Positions 1-9,557 of a DNA stretch of 64,000 nucleotides are shown here, piece by piece (position 1 is the stretch's first letter; the number at the start of each line of letters is the position of its first letter). The notes under the pieces are model-generated. The model made no database searches. It was not told the DNA's origin and saw nothing but the letters and a program-made list of their open reading frames with translations. The stretch covers positions 704,001-768,000 of the forward strand of contig CAVSFC010000002.1 of assembly GCA_963727255.1 (NCBI GenBank), written 5' to 3'. The stretch comes from an uncultured bacterium (GTDB lineage: Bacteria > Babelota > Babeliae > Babelales > Vermiphilaceae). A program made the translations under genes and the position numbers.

Positions 1-360
1 CAAACCCACAAATATAGCTTTTATCATGTTAGTGGTGATCAGTGTGTTGATTATGGTTGCGAAGCTGTATGGGCCGGATATTATGATGGGATAGATACCA
101 TTCCTGGCGCATTGCTCAAATATGGCTGTATCGATGCCTGTTATTATCAGCTCTGCTCATGCGCGCAGTTTTTTCAATGTGATTACCCGTATGAATTAAA
201 ACAACATTCTTGGGCCTATGCTCTTACTCGAATACTTGTCCCGATGTTCATTAAGCGTTGCATTGGAACCATCATCGATTGTATTTTGGATGAATTGAGT
301 AATTGCAAAGAGCAAGAAAATGGGCAGATGCTTACGGCTCAAGATTTTTTTGACGAATAA
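1..360 (+). CDS. Hypothetical protein, 5'-truncated by window edge
   Basis: Frame 1 is open from base 1 (QTHKYSF...) through ORF 112..360 to TAA at 358-360; no family recognised. Confidence 0.55.
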   Translation, partial: QTHKYSFYHVSGDQCVDYGCEAVWAGYYDGIDTIPGALLKYGCIDACYYQLCSCAQFFQCDYPYELKQHSWAYALTRILVPMFIKRCIGTIIDCILDELSNCKEQENGQMLTAQDFFDE

Positions 361-407
361 TTTAGCGCGAACTCGATCTAAAAACACTTGGGAACAAATT
401 GGCTAAA

Positions 408-624
408 AGCCGCTCGTGGTGAGTGATTTTCGAGCCTTGCAGCGAGAAATCGTATCGAAATTCATGCGGCCTAAAAATTATAAAGAAAAAAACCTCTTAT
501 TGAAAATGATTGTGATTCTTTAAAAATGTTAGAAAAAAAAGATTTTATTGATGTGATGTGATATCTATTTAACCCGCATGATTCGATATGCTCGCTAACA
601 GCTTGCGCTCACCACGAGCGGGTT
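408..624. repeat. Inverted pair of REP-like palindromic elements (408-470 and 571-624)
   Basis: ccgctcgtggtgag (410-423) vs ctcaccacgagcgg (608-621); tatcgaaattcatgcgg vs ccgcatgattcgata; GC-rich in an AT-rich gap between convergent genes. Confidence 0.75.
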
Positions 625-707
625 TATGATTAACTTTTTAAAATTCTGCGATCGAGTTTACGTTAATTAGCAGGTTGCAATAATGTGTAAAGCGAACAAA
701 AATCTTT

Positions 708-3476
708 TTATTGGCTCGAAGATTCATTAATCGTAGCTTCGCAAATATTGATATAATTAAATACCTCTTGTTTTGCATTTCTTGCCTTTGCCTCAGTCTG
801 TGCTTGTTGAAGATATTTGAGTGCTTTGGCTTTGTCTTGGGCAAAGAATTCATTAAGCCCAAATTCACGGCCGACAATAGCTGTTCCGTATATAGGATAT
901 TGAGCGCAGAAATTTTGGAGGTTTGATTCGAGATCATAATTCTTTTCTGACAACGAGTTATGAGCAATCAATATTAATTTTAAGTTTAAAACAAATAGTT
1001 CGTCAGAAATTTTTGTTGCGGGATTATTCTTTATAAAGCGCTCAACGGGCTTAAATATATTGGTATTCTTTGTAAATTCAACATATTGATCAATGGCATT
1101 GCATGATCTAAATTGTGAAATAATAGAACGCAATGCTTGAATTAATAGAGGTTTATTTTTTGCTTGTAGAGCGTTCGATATATTTGCCGTTTCTTGCAGA
1201 AATGTAAAGCGCAAATCTTTCTCGGATACATCTTTTGTTGACGCTTGAAGTTGAGGATCAGATAAAATAGAACTAGCAACTTCTATGATGGCTTTTGGTT
1301 GATGCGCGAAAAGCTTTTCTTCGGATTGTGGTCCTTCTTTGAGTACTTTTCGGAGAGCGATAAGAGTAGAAAAATTGTGCTTCTCCGGATTGGTAGTAAG
1401 AAAGCGATCTATTTGATTTACTACATTGTTTCGGGTACCCACTGATTGAGAAAAGAGAGGCTTTATTTTTTTTTGATCGGCGTTGAGTTCTTTAGCTATT
1501 GTGCAGATTAATTTTTTTAACTCATTTGTTTCAGTTTCCAGATTAGTTTTGCCGAGCCGGGCAACTGCAATGCTTAAGGCTTCATATAAAGCAAGAGGAC
1601 TTTTATTTTTCCTTGAAATAACTAGTAGGTTTTTTATGAATTCATTCTCAGTGATTTTCATTCGAAATTCAGATTTTGGATTTTCAGTAAAATAGGTTTC
1701 TCCCTTTTCCAGCAGGTAGCAAATATGATCTATGGAAGATGCATCATCATTTATTTTTCCCGTGAAATTCCCTTGTATGCTGGTATAAATTGCAGAAATA
1801 TCATTGGCAGCGACCATGTGCTTTAAGGCATCTTGGGCAGCAGCGTAAAGAATAGTTTTGGGTATATATTCAAGTTGATATGGTTGCTCCCAAAAGCTTT
1901 TAATTGCTGCAAGCGCAGCATTGCTATCGTCGCTATGGAAAAATAAATTCATTCCGAATGCATTTGCCGCACGATTCTGGCATTTATGGGCTTCGCTTAA
2001 AAATTCCGATGCACGATCAAAATCTTTGTTATCATACCAATAAAGTGCCTCGTAAAATTGCTTGCTTCCGGGAGCATTTGATTTTCCTCCTGCAGTCGCA
2101 TAGGGAGTTAAATTAGTGAAATTTTTCTTGTCGAAAAGTTTAGAGTCTGGATTCTTTTTTTTAAGGGCTTCAAAAAGAGTATCACGTTGGGTGATGCTTA
2201 ACGGTATTCCATCAATGCCTTCGATTAAAAGAATCTCAATACGTTTTTGGGCCTCATCATTCCCTTGCTCTAATGCAGCGATGTAATTGGCGAGGACTAT
2301 ATCAAACCTGGTTGATTGATGTAAATGCAACAAACAATATTCTTCAAGAACAGCAAGATTGAGTAGCGCATCATTGTTATTATAGTTGCTTGCTATTTTT
2401 AAGAACTTTTCGGCTTCATTTAAATTGCTTAAAAAACTATTCGTTATACCTTGTTCGGAGTTGATAACTTTGGCATGGTCAAAAAGTGCGACTCCCAAAT
2501 AATTTGTAATTGTAGCATAATCGTAGCACCCGTTGGGTATTTCCTTACTCGTTAAAGCTTTTTCAGCGTAATGAGCCGCTGCTTTAAGTGCGCTTATTTG
2601 CGCGGCTGGGAAAACTTGCGCTTGATCGCAAAAATAGGTTGCTAAAGCATGATACGCTTCTGGATAGTTAGTTTTATTAAAATTCATCAGAAGGGCTGTA
2701 GCAATCATCATCGCCTCAGAAGTGGCCGTGACAAGACTCTCAGTTTCAGATTCTTCGTTTATAGTATTGAGGGCATCAGCTTGCTGTTCTAATGATGCTG
2801 CCTCTCGTTTTTCTCTGAGAATATTACGGCGATTTTCTGCTTGTAGAAAGAGATTAATCATTTTGCGCGGGTCATGTTTATGTAAAACGGCAAGGTAATA
2901 AGCGGCATCACGGTCTTCTTTTTCTTCATGCAACTTTTGCAAAGCATCCTGCGCTTCTTTTTGAATACTTTTATTTTTACTCGTTTGTAATAGGCGCCAA
3001 TAACCCTGACTGGATTGGGGGTATTCTTTTTTGGCCAAAAGATTTTCGCAAACTTCTAATAGAGCTGTTTCGGGATCATTAGCATCACGTTTTTTTTGTT
3101 CTTTTTGTTTTTGTACCGCTTTAATTGCAGCTTTTTTTTGCGCCGCGATCTTTTTTGCTTGCTCTTGCTTTTTTTCAGTTCTTACTAACGCTAATTCTGC
3201 TCCAAAAATTCGATTCGAAAAATCTTTACGGTTTTTTTTATCTTTAAATATGGTATCAATTATTTGTTCGTCATTTTTAGGTTTTTCTGGGAATTGAATG
3301 GAATCTTGGCTTGATACACGTTTGAGTCGCGATTGTGCTACCAATTGCTTTATAAATTCTTTACTCTCTTTATGTTCTTTATTTATGGTGACTTGGATTT
3401 CCATTGCATATGCAGAAGGAAGTGCGACTGCGAATGCGAGACCCCAATACAGTAAAGTTCTTTTCTGCATATTCAT
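708..3476 (-). CDS. Secreted Sel1-like/TPR helical repeat protein (922 aa)
   Basis: Signal peptide ending AYA|MEI; Lys-rich coiled coil; Sel1-like segments (AAYYLAVLH, PEAYHALATYF, NNDALLNLAVL, AQDKAKALKYLQQA). Confidence 0.7.
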   Translation of the reverse strand: MNMQKRTLLYWGLAFAVALPSAYAMEIQVTINKEHKESKEFIKQLVAQSRLKRVSSQDSIQFPEKPKNDEQIIDTIFKDKKNRKDFSNRIFGAELALVRTEKKQEQAKKIAAQKKAAIKAVQKQKEQKKRDANDPETALLEVCENLLAKKEYPQSSQGYWRLLQTSKNKSIQKEAQDALQKLHEEKEDRDAAYYLAVLHKHDPRKMINLFLQAENRRNILREKREAASLEQQADALNTINEESETESLVTATSEAMMIATALLMNFNKTNYPEAYHALATYFCDQAQVFPAAQISALKAAAHYAEKALTSKEIPNGCYDYATITNYLGVALFDHAKVINSEQGITNSFLSNLNEAEKFLKIASNYNNNDALLNLAVLEEYCLLHLHQSTRFDIVLANYIAALEQGNDEAQKRIEILLIEGIDGIPLSITQRDTLFEALKKKNPDSKLFDKKNFTNLTPYATAGGKSNAPGSKQFYEALYWYDNKDFDRASEFLSEAHKCQNRAANAFGMNLFFHSDDSNAALAAIKSFWEQPYQLEYIPKTILYAAAQDALKHMVAANDISAIYTSIQGNFTGKINDDASSIDHICYLLEKGETYFTENPKSEFRMKITENEFIKNLLVISRKNKSPLALYEALSIAVARLGKTNLETETNELKKLICTIAKELNADQKKIKPLFSQSVGTRNNVVNQIDRFLTTNPEKHNFSTLIALRKVLKEGPQSEEKLFAHQPKAIIEVASSILSDPQLQASTKDVSEKDLRFTFLQETANISNALQAKNKPLLIQALRSIISQFRSCNAIDQYVEFTKNTNIFKPVERFIKNNPATKISDELFVLNLKLILIAHNSLSEKNYDLESNLQNFCAQYPIYGTAIVGREFGLNEFFAQDKAKALKYLQQAQTEAKARNAKQEVFNYINICEATINESSSQ

Positions 3477-3685
3477 GTTTTTTAATCTTCTAGTATTTAT
3501 TATTCTATTTGACTATATTATTAAGTTTAATATCAAAAAATATAATGTCAAAAACTTATTGATAAAATTACAAATAGAAAATTTAAACCTGAATTTACGC
3601 TAAACATTAAAGGGATCTTGGAGCACAGCATAGATTTATGGTAAGCATAGAAAAGACTTATTGAAACTTGAAAAAGGAATTTATT

Positions 3686-4375
3686 ATGAAACTTCCATCG
3701 CGCAAATTGATTATCTATATTCTGCTTGCAGTAATGGGCTTGGTCTTCTTTTATTATGTTAAATTTAGTGATTATTTTACGCTAGAAAAATTGCAAGAAA
3801 ATCATAGATATTTAACCGGCTTTGTTGCAAATAATTATCCGTTTTCTGTGCTTATCTATATCGGAATCTATAGTTTATTGCTCGCGTGCGCAATGCCGGT
3901 GGTGATGCCCTTATCAATGATTGGGGGATTTTTATATGGGATTTTCTGGGGACTCATCTACGCAGGAATAAGCTGCATGATTGGTTCAATTATTTCATTT
4001 TTGATTTTACGGTATGTAGTGGCCCATTGGATTCGGGGATGGAATGATGAGCGCATTGCCAAATTCAATGAAAAATTACAAAAATACGGATATAGCTATC
4101 TGTTAATGCTGCATTTTTTATCGGTAATACCGCTCTTCGTAATTAATTTATTAGCAGCCCTTGCCAAAGTTCCCCTTCGTACCGTGATTTGGGTTACGGT
4201 TATTGGTACGCTGCCGCTCAATGTTCTATGTGTTTTTGCAGGTCGAAAGTTGAGCTCACTCCATTCCTTTAAAGACATTTTCTCTCCAACGATTATGATA
4301 CTGTTAGCGCTGTTGGCATTGGTCGCCTTAGCACCGTTAGTAATTAGAAAAATAAAAGGGTCTTTGGGTGTCTAA
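3686..4375 (+). CDS. TVP38/TMEM64 (DedA/VTT) family membrane protein
   Basis: Multi-TM; IGGFLYG, IGSIISFLILRY, IPLFVINLLAAL; ATG 3686 after AAGGA. Confidence 0.85.
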   Translation: MKLPSRKLIIYILLAVMGLVFFYYVKFSDYFTLEKLQENHRYLTGFVANNYPFSVLIYIGIYSLLLACAMPVVMPLSMIGGFLYGIFWGLIYAGISCMIGSIISFLILRYVVAHWIRGWNDERIAKFNEKLQKYGYSYLLMLHFLSVIPLFVINLLAALAKVPLRTVIWVTVIGTLPLNVLCVFAGRKLSSLHSFKDIFSPTIMILLALLALVALAPLVIRKIKGSLGV

Positions 4376-5057
4376 AACAACATGGTCAAAAAAGCGGTTA
4401 ATTCTGGGAATAGTTATTTTAGCCATTATTGGAACTATTTGGTACACCGGATTGCATAAAAATCTGAGTTTTGAACAGGTACAATGTAATGCAGTTTGGT
4501 TGCGCGAACAGGTGGATCAGCATTATTGGTGGTCGGTAATGATCTATCTTGGAATATTCATCACCATCATTTTGTGCGGCTTACCCGTTGCGGCGCTTAT
4601 GAATATTATCGGCGGCTTTCTGTTTGGAATGGTTCAGGGGGTATTTTTTATTATTCTTGCGGCTCTTATTGGCGGGACGATTTTCTTCTTTATTGTCCGC
4701 TATGTTATCGGCAGCTATTTGCAGTCACGCTTTACCACTCAATTGCATGCATTTAACCGGATGTGTAATAAACGAGGCTGGCTCTTTTTGCTCATGCTCC
4801 GCTGTATTCCGGTGATTCCCTTTTTTATGGTCAATCTACTTGCTGGGCTTACTAATATTCGGCCTTTTACGTTTATTTGGACGACAGCAATCGGAGTTAT
4901 TCCCACTGCAGTGATTTTTACCTATGCAGGCAGACAATTAGGAACAATTGATCAAGTGCGGGATATCTTTACAATACCTATTTTAGGCGCGTTGGTAATA
5001 GTGCTTGTATTGGCATTTTTACCAATTTTAGTAGGCCGTTACCGCAAGATTTTTTGA
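4368..5057 (+). CDS. TVP38/TMEM64 (DedA/VTT) family membrane protein, paralog 2
   Basis: GGFLFG, LRCIPVIPFFMVNLLAGLT, GVIPTAVIFTYAG; overlaps upstream paralog stop. Confidence 0.88.
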   Translation: MSKTTWSKKRLILGIVILAIIGTIWYTGLHKNLSFEQVQCNAVWLREQVDQHYWWSVMIYLGIFITIILCGLPVAALMNIIGGFLFGMVQGVFFIILAALIGGTIFFFIVRYVIGSYLQSRFTTQLHAFNRMCNKRGWLFLLMLRCIPVIPFFMVNLLAGLTNIRPFTFIWTTAIGVIPTAVIFTYAGRQLGTIDQVRDIFTIPILGALVIVLVLAFLPILVGRYRKIF

Positions 5058-5879
5058 TTGGAGCCAGTTATTTAACGTTTCGCGAATACAATCGAAATCA
5101 TGATATGATTTTAAAAGGCCTTTTTTCTTCGTATAGCGAATTGAATAAATGCCCATTGCTTGGCCAGCATCTACGTTTTCTGGTTGATCATCAATAAAAA
5201 TAGTCTCTGAAGGGTTAAGATCATATTTCTTCAGTATATATTCAAATATACCCGGCTCGGGCTTTACCAGCCCGATATCGCCAGATATTACAATACCATC
5301 AAAGAGATTAAAGAAATCTGGATATTCTTCTTGTATAAGGGTAAAAGATGCTGGATCCCAATTAGATAAAATATAGAGTGAATGCCCTGCCTGCTTGCAA
5401 TCTTTAACAAAGCGTACACCTTCATCGATGAGCTGGCGCGTTGTAACAAATGTTTCGGGGTTGAAAATAATCTCGGCCAGTGCGCGGACCAATGCTTCTT
5501 CGGTCCAATTGATAAAGGTGCCATTGCTGTTTCGAATCATTTTTAGAAGATCCTGAGCATTCAGGGTGCCTTTGAGCCATTCAACCATTAATTCCGGCAT
5601 AATATGACCATGCGCATCACGCACAATGAGCGATCCGGCAGTTCTTGGCTTGATACCATCAAGAAATTGGAACAGCTTTTTATGAATTCCAAATGGGTTA
5701 TTCCAGGTGCTTGCATGAAAAGCGAATTTCTCAATGCCGATTGAGAAGATGGTGCGAAAATATTTAGTTTCAACTAAAACATCACCAAGATCAAAAATAA
5801 TATTGGCTGGATAGGTTTGCGTTCCCAGCATAGCCAGAAATAATCCGAATGATGACCAGATAGCCTTGAGATTCTTCAT
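5028..5879 (-). CDS. HAD-family phosphatase with N-terminal signal-like extension
   Basis: Motif I IIFDLGDV, motif II ILSN, motifs III/IV KPEPGIF...FIDD. Confidence 0.85.
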   Translation of the reverse strand: MKNLKAIWSSFGLFLAMLGTQTYPANIIFDLGDVLVETKYFRTIFSIGIEKFAFHASTWNNPFGIHKKLFQFLDGIKPRTAGSLIVRDAHGHIMPELMVEWLKGTLNAQDLLKMIRNSNGTFINWTEEALVRALAEIIFNPETFVTTRQLIDEGVRFVKDCKQAGHSLYILSNWDPASFTLIQEEYPDFFNLFDGIVISGDIGLVKPEPGIFEYILKKYDLNPSETIFIDDQPENVDAGQAMGIYSIRYTKKKGLLKSYHDFDCIRETLNNWLQSKNLAVTAY

Positions 5880-6206
5880 GATCCTTTAAAAAGCTCCATT
5901 TAGAGTTTTGAGTTTTATTGGAGTTTACATTTTAATATAACCATTTTCTGCCAGAAAATGCAAGAAAGAGGTTATTATTATAGTAAAAATAGTATTTAAA
6001 TGAAGACAATCTTGGCATTGATCTTTTCAATTCGAAATAAAAAAGAGGGAATGCGTTCTGTTCATTTGACTTTATCCTTTGCTCTTTTATACTAATAACA
6101 TTGTTAATAAGTTATAAAAGCCAGTTTGGCGATAACAAAAAGAAGTTGGTAATGAACAGCATGGTAATAAAACTAAAACACTATTTTTTAAAGATGAGGT
6201 CCTCTC

Positions 6207-6704
6207 ATGAATAATTCTTTCTCAACTTCTTTCAAAGCTCTTGCCCTCGTTGCATTATTAAGCAATGTCTCGGTTAGTGCCATGGAAAATATCGAACAAG
6301 TAAAAACTATTGAGAACGCGGCAACTACCGTTGCAATTGAAGCGAAAAATGCCGAAGCAGCTGCTGAAACGGTGCTAAAAGATGCTCTCAATTCAGCAGA
6401 ACAACTTGCAATAGAAGCAAAAGATCTTGTAACACCTACCCCTGAAGTAAAACCTGGAAAAATCTCCCAAGCCTGGAACAAATTCTCTACTGCAATCGGC
6501 ACCAAAAAGACTGAAATCTTTGCTGCTGCAAGCGATATGAAAGCGCGTGGCTGGAGTAAGTGGACAACCAAAGAAAAAGCTGGTGTAGTAATCGGTGGAA
6601 CCGTAGTTGCTGCAACCGCTGCATATTTAGTGTATAAAATTTACAAATCTTTTACCGCGCCAAAAGCAAAAGTAAAAGCAATTGTTCGAAGTAATCGTGC
6701 GTAA
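6207..6704 (+). CDS. Hypothetical exported protein with C-terminal TM helix
   Basis: GAGGT RBS; signal VSA|MEN; Ala/Glu-rich; TM AGVVIGGTVVAATAAYLVY followed by basic tail. Confidence 0.75.
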   Translation: MNNSFSTSFKALALVALLSNVSVSAMENIEQVKTIENAATTVAIEAKNAEAAAETVLKDALNSAEQLAIEAKDLVTPTPEVKPGKISQAWNKFSTAIGTKKTEIFAAASDMKARGWSKWTTKEKAGVVIGGTVVAATAAYLVYKIYKSFTAPKAKVKAIVRSNRA

Positions 6705-6730
6705 TTGCGCCTATTATTTTGATTTTTTTG

Positions 6731-6764
6731 AGCATGGATGCTTCGGTATCCATGCTTTTTTTTT
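6731..6764 (+). terminator. Rho-independent terminator
   Basis: agcatggatgc-ttcg-gtatccatgct followed by T-run. Confidence 0.85.
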
Positions 6765-6829
6765 GTACTTGTTCTTGCACAAGCTTTATATTAGCCTGAG
6801 GTCGCATTACTAAAAACTGGGAGTAAACT

Positions 6830-7942
6830 ATGAAGCTTTATTTTACAAAACAGGTCCTGTGTCTTGGTATTTTAATTGGTCTGGAGTATTTTTCACTTAA
6901 ATCTATGGAGATACCTAAAACAGATGCTGAATGGGAAGAATTAACACGAGAAAAATTTAATGCGATCGATCCTAAGATGTTAGAGGAAGCGGCGTTGCCC
7001 GATTATAACATAGCTTTGGCCCGATTTAATGCCAAGTCTACTAATTCTGCAGGAATTTTAGCTCAAAGTGGGAAAGGATCATCGATCTTATCACGATCTG
7101 AAAGCACTTTAAGTGAAAGTGGATCGTCAATCGCGAGTGAATCGGCAAGTGAAAATGGATCCAGGATTATTTTTCAGTCACAAGAATTGAAACCCAGCGA
7201 GGGGGTCGATAAAGATGAGCTTATCAAAGCACTTGAAAATGTGCCAAAGCAGCAGCGTCCAGAAATGACTCCCGAGCAATACAACCAAATAGATTCGGAA
7301 TTGTTAACTCCACCATTACCGCCCGCCGAAGATGTTTTAGACGACTCTACTAATGATTTAGAGGCGATATTGCAAGAAGCTCGGAGCTCTTCCCAATCAC
7401 AAGAAATCAATAATGCTCCCGAAACTGAGCCAATAATTGCACCGGAAAAATGGAAAAAAACAGCGACTGATGGTAGCGATTTTCCTTCTACTGAAAATCT
7501 TTCAAATGCAGACCAGGATAATATATATAAGGAACCACCATTTATGGAAAGAATTCAAACTGAAAGCAATAACGATCCCGAAGAAGAGCAGAGCGCAGTC
7601 ATGCAAGTTCTTGAATTTACTGCAGCTGCTTTGATTGCCTGGACTACCACTGAGATTATCCTTGCTTATAAAAATACTTCGCAAGAAGAGTGGGATAAGG
7701 CTGAGCATTGGTATGAAAAGTTTGATTTAGTTACTTTTAAAACCGTTGATGCTATGGCAAGCAGGCCAAAACAAGTTTTGAGTGCTGCTCAAGGGCTTCT
7801 TAATAAGTTGCAAGAATTGAGTAGCTTTGAAAATCCTACTCAAACCAGTAAAAAAGCTAAAGACTCTGATTTCTTCAAAAAACTTACCCAGCACTCATTA
7901 TTGCTCTATAAGAGAAAGAATGTTGAAAGCGCAGCTCATTAA
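6830..7942 (+). CDS. Hypothetical exported acidic/low-complexity protein
   Basis: GGAG RBS; signal LKS|MEI; Ser/Glu-rich; hydrophobic helix near C-terminus. Confidence 0.7.
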   Translation: MKLYFTKQVLCLGILIGLEYFSLKSMEIPKTDAEWEELTREKFNAIDPKMLEEAALPDYNIALARFNAKSTNSAGILAQSGKGSSILSRSESTLSESGSSIASESASENGSRIIFQSQELKPSEGVDKDELIKALENVPKQQRPEMTPEQYNQIDSELLTPPLPPAEDVLDDSTNDLEAILQEARSSSQSQEINNAPETEPIIAPEKWKKTATDGSDFPSTENLSNADQDNIYKEPPFMERIQTESNNDPEEEQSAVMQVLEFTAAALIAWTTTEIILAYKNTSQEEWDKAEHWYEKFDLVTFKTVDAMASRPKQVLSAAQGLLNKLQELSSFENPTQTSKKAKDSDFFKKLTQHSLLLYKRKNVESAAH

Positions 7943-8001
7943 TCATAAGGCTTTGAAGTCAAGCATTTTACCTTTTTTTTATTAAACATATACTGAAGAG
8001 T

Positions 8002-8373
8002 ATGCAGTTATATAAAGAAGAACTATTAGACCATTATCGTTTTCCCCGCCACAAGGGGAAATTAGTGCACCCGGATTTCACCTCCGGGCAGCATAATCCT
8101 TCCTGTGGAGACATGGTCTCCTTTGAAGCAAAACTTTCTCAGGGCATTATTCTAGAAGTTGCCTTTGATGGGGTTGGTTGCGTGATAAGCCAAGCAACCG
8201 CTTCGATGATCGCCGAATTAGTAAAAAGTAAATCTATTCATTATGTGATTGCGCTTACCGCTTCAGATATTCTGGCTTTGATTGGCATGGATTTGGGGCC
8301 AACGCGGCTTAAATGCGCCTTGCTTTCTCTCTATGCTTTACAAGAAGGTTTACAAAACCATTTAAAAGGATAA
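8002..8373 (+). CDS. sufU: Fe-S scaffold/sulfur-transfer protein, SufU/IscU (NifU N-terminal) family
   Basis: YKEELLDHY..P, NPSCGD, GVGCVISQATASM, RLKCALL. Confidence 0.9.
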   Translation: MQLYKEELLDHYRFPRHKGKLVHPDFTSGQHNPSCGDMVSFEAKLSQGIILEVAFDGVGCVISQATASMIAELVKSKSIHYVIALTASDILALIGMDLGPTRLKCALLSLYALQEGLQNHLKG

Positions 8374-8375
8374 CT

Positions 8376-9506
8376 GTGCTTAATCGGGCAATTCTTCTCG
8401 AACAATTGCAAGCACGTTCCAATGATCTCTTTCTTGATATTTCCCAAGAATTTGAGATTGCCCGCCAATCTTGGCAAAGAATTACTAATGATCCAGCCTT
8501 CCTCTATAAAATTCGTCAGATTTCAACTCCATGGCTTGTGCCTGATTGGCAGGATCCTCTTGGCCAGGTAATAATGATTGATCCCACCTTGCCGCACTAT
8601 ACAGTACTTGCGGTTGATGGTTCACAGGTATACCCCGATCGCCATCAGGGCACGTCATGCTTCTTGGTAAATATCGGTTCGGTGGTTTTGCACTATGGAA
8701 ATCAAGTAGCCAAGCCGGTGGAGTTGAGTTCCACACCCGCCGTGTTTACCGGTGATGATACGGATGATGAACTTTCGGGTGGCCAAGATTGGGTGAATTG
8801 CCGCCGGCAAGAATTGGAACTGCAAACCGGGCTTGCCAAAAGCATTGAATTAAAAACCCAAATGGGTGATACGCCATTCGCGTTTCTCTTTGATGGCTCG
8901 CTTATTTTTTGGCATCTAGAATCGAAAGAAAATAATTTAAAAGAGCTCTTCTTAAACAAATATTTGAGCTTGCTCGATAAGCTCTATAAAAATAACATTT
9001 TGTGCGCCGGATATATTAGTCTCCCCAAAAGCAAAGAGCTGGTTAATCTTATTCGTGTTGAGCTGTGCAAATTTAAATTAGAAGGGTGCAAGGAATTAGA
9101 GGCGGTAAATCATTTGGTTGATGCGAGCGTTGCGCGTTTTTTTTTGAAACCCCATTCTCGGTCAATTGTTTTTAAAAGTAACGCAAAAATTGGAGCAAGT
9201 TATGCGCCCCATTTAGTGCCGCACTTTTTTTATATGGATGTAGGGGCGGAGATTGCACGCATAGAAATTCCTGCATGGATTGCGCAGGATGAGCAAAAAA
9301 TAGCTACCGTTGCCCAAATAATTCTTAATCAATCGATCAAAGGAATGGGCTATCCAGTAGCACTTGCCGAATCTCATGAGCAGGCAGTAGTAAAGGGCCC
9401 TGATCGGGAATTCTTTTACCATCTGATTACGAAACTTGGTATTGAACGCAAACGGCAATTGAGTTCATCGCAAAAGAGTATGAAAAAACGAGGAATGGGG
9501 ATATAA
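8376..9506 (+). CDS. nurA: NurA-domain DNA double-strand break repair nuclease
   Basis: LAVDGSQVYPDRH, LFDGSLIFW, ARIEIPAW, GYPVALAESHEQAVV; GTG 8376 after AAGGA. Confidence 0.85.
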   Translation: MLNRAILLEQLQARSNDLFLDISQEFEIARQSWQRITNDPAFLYKIRQISTPWLVPDWQDPLGQVIMIDPTLPHYTVLAVDGSQVYPDRHQGTSCFLVNIGSVVLHYGNQVAKPVELSSTPAVFTGDDTDDELSGGQDWVNCRRQELELQTGLAKSIELKTQMGDTPFAFLFDGSLIFWHLESKENNLKELFLNKYLSLLDKLYKNNILCAGYISLPKSKELVNLIRVELCKFKLEGCKELEAVNHLVDASVARFFLKPHSRSIVFKSNAKIGASYAPHLVPHFFYMDVGAEIARIEIPAWIAQDEQKIATVAQIILNQSIKGMGYPVALAESHEQAVVKGPDREFFYHLITKLGIERKRQLSSSQKSMKKRGMGI

Positions 9507-9536
9507 AAAAAGCCCCCACAAATTATTGTGGGGGCT
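9505..9536 (-). terminator. Rho-independent terminator between convergent genes
   Basis: agcccccacaa-atta-ttgtgggggct preceded by A-run (T-run on minus strand). Confidence 0.8.
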
Positions 9537-9557
9537 AGAAACTTTTAAAAAAGTTTT

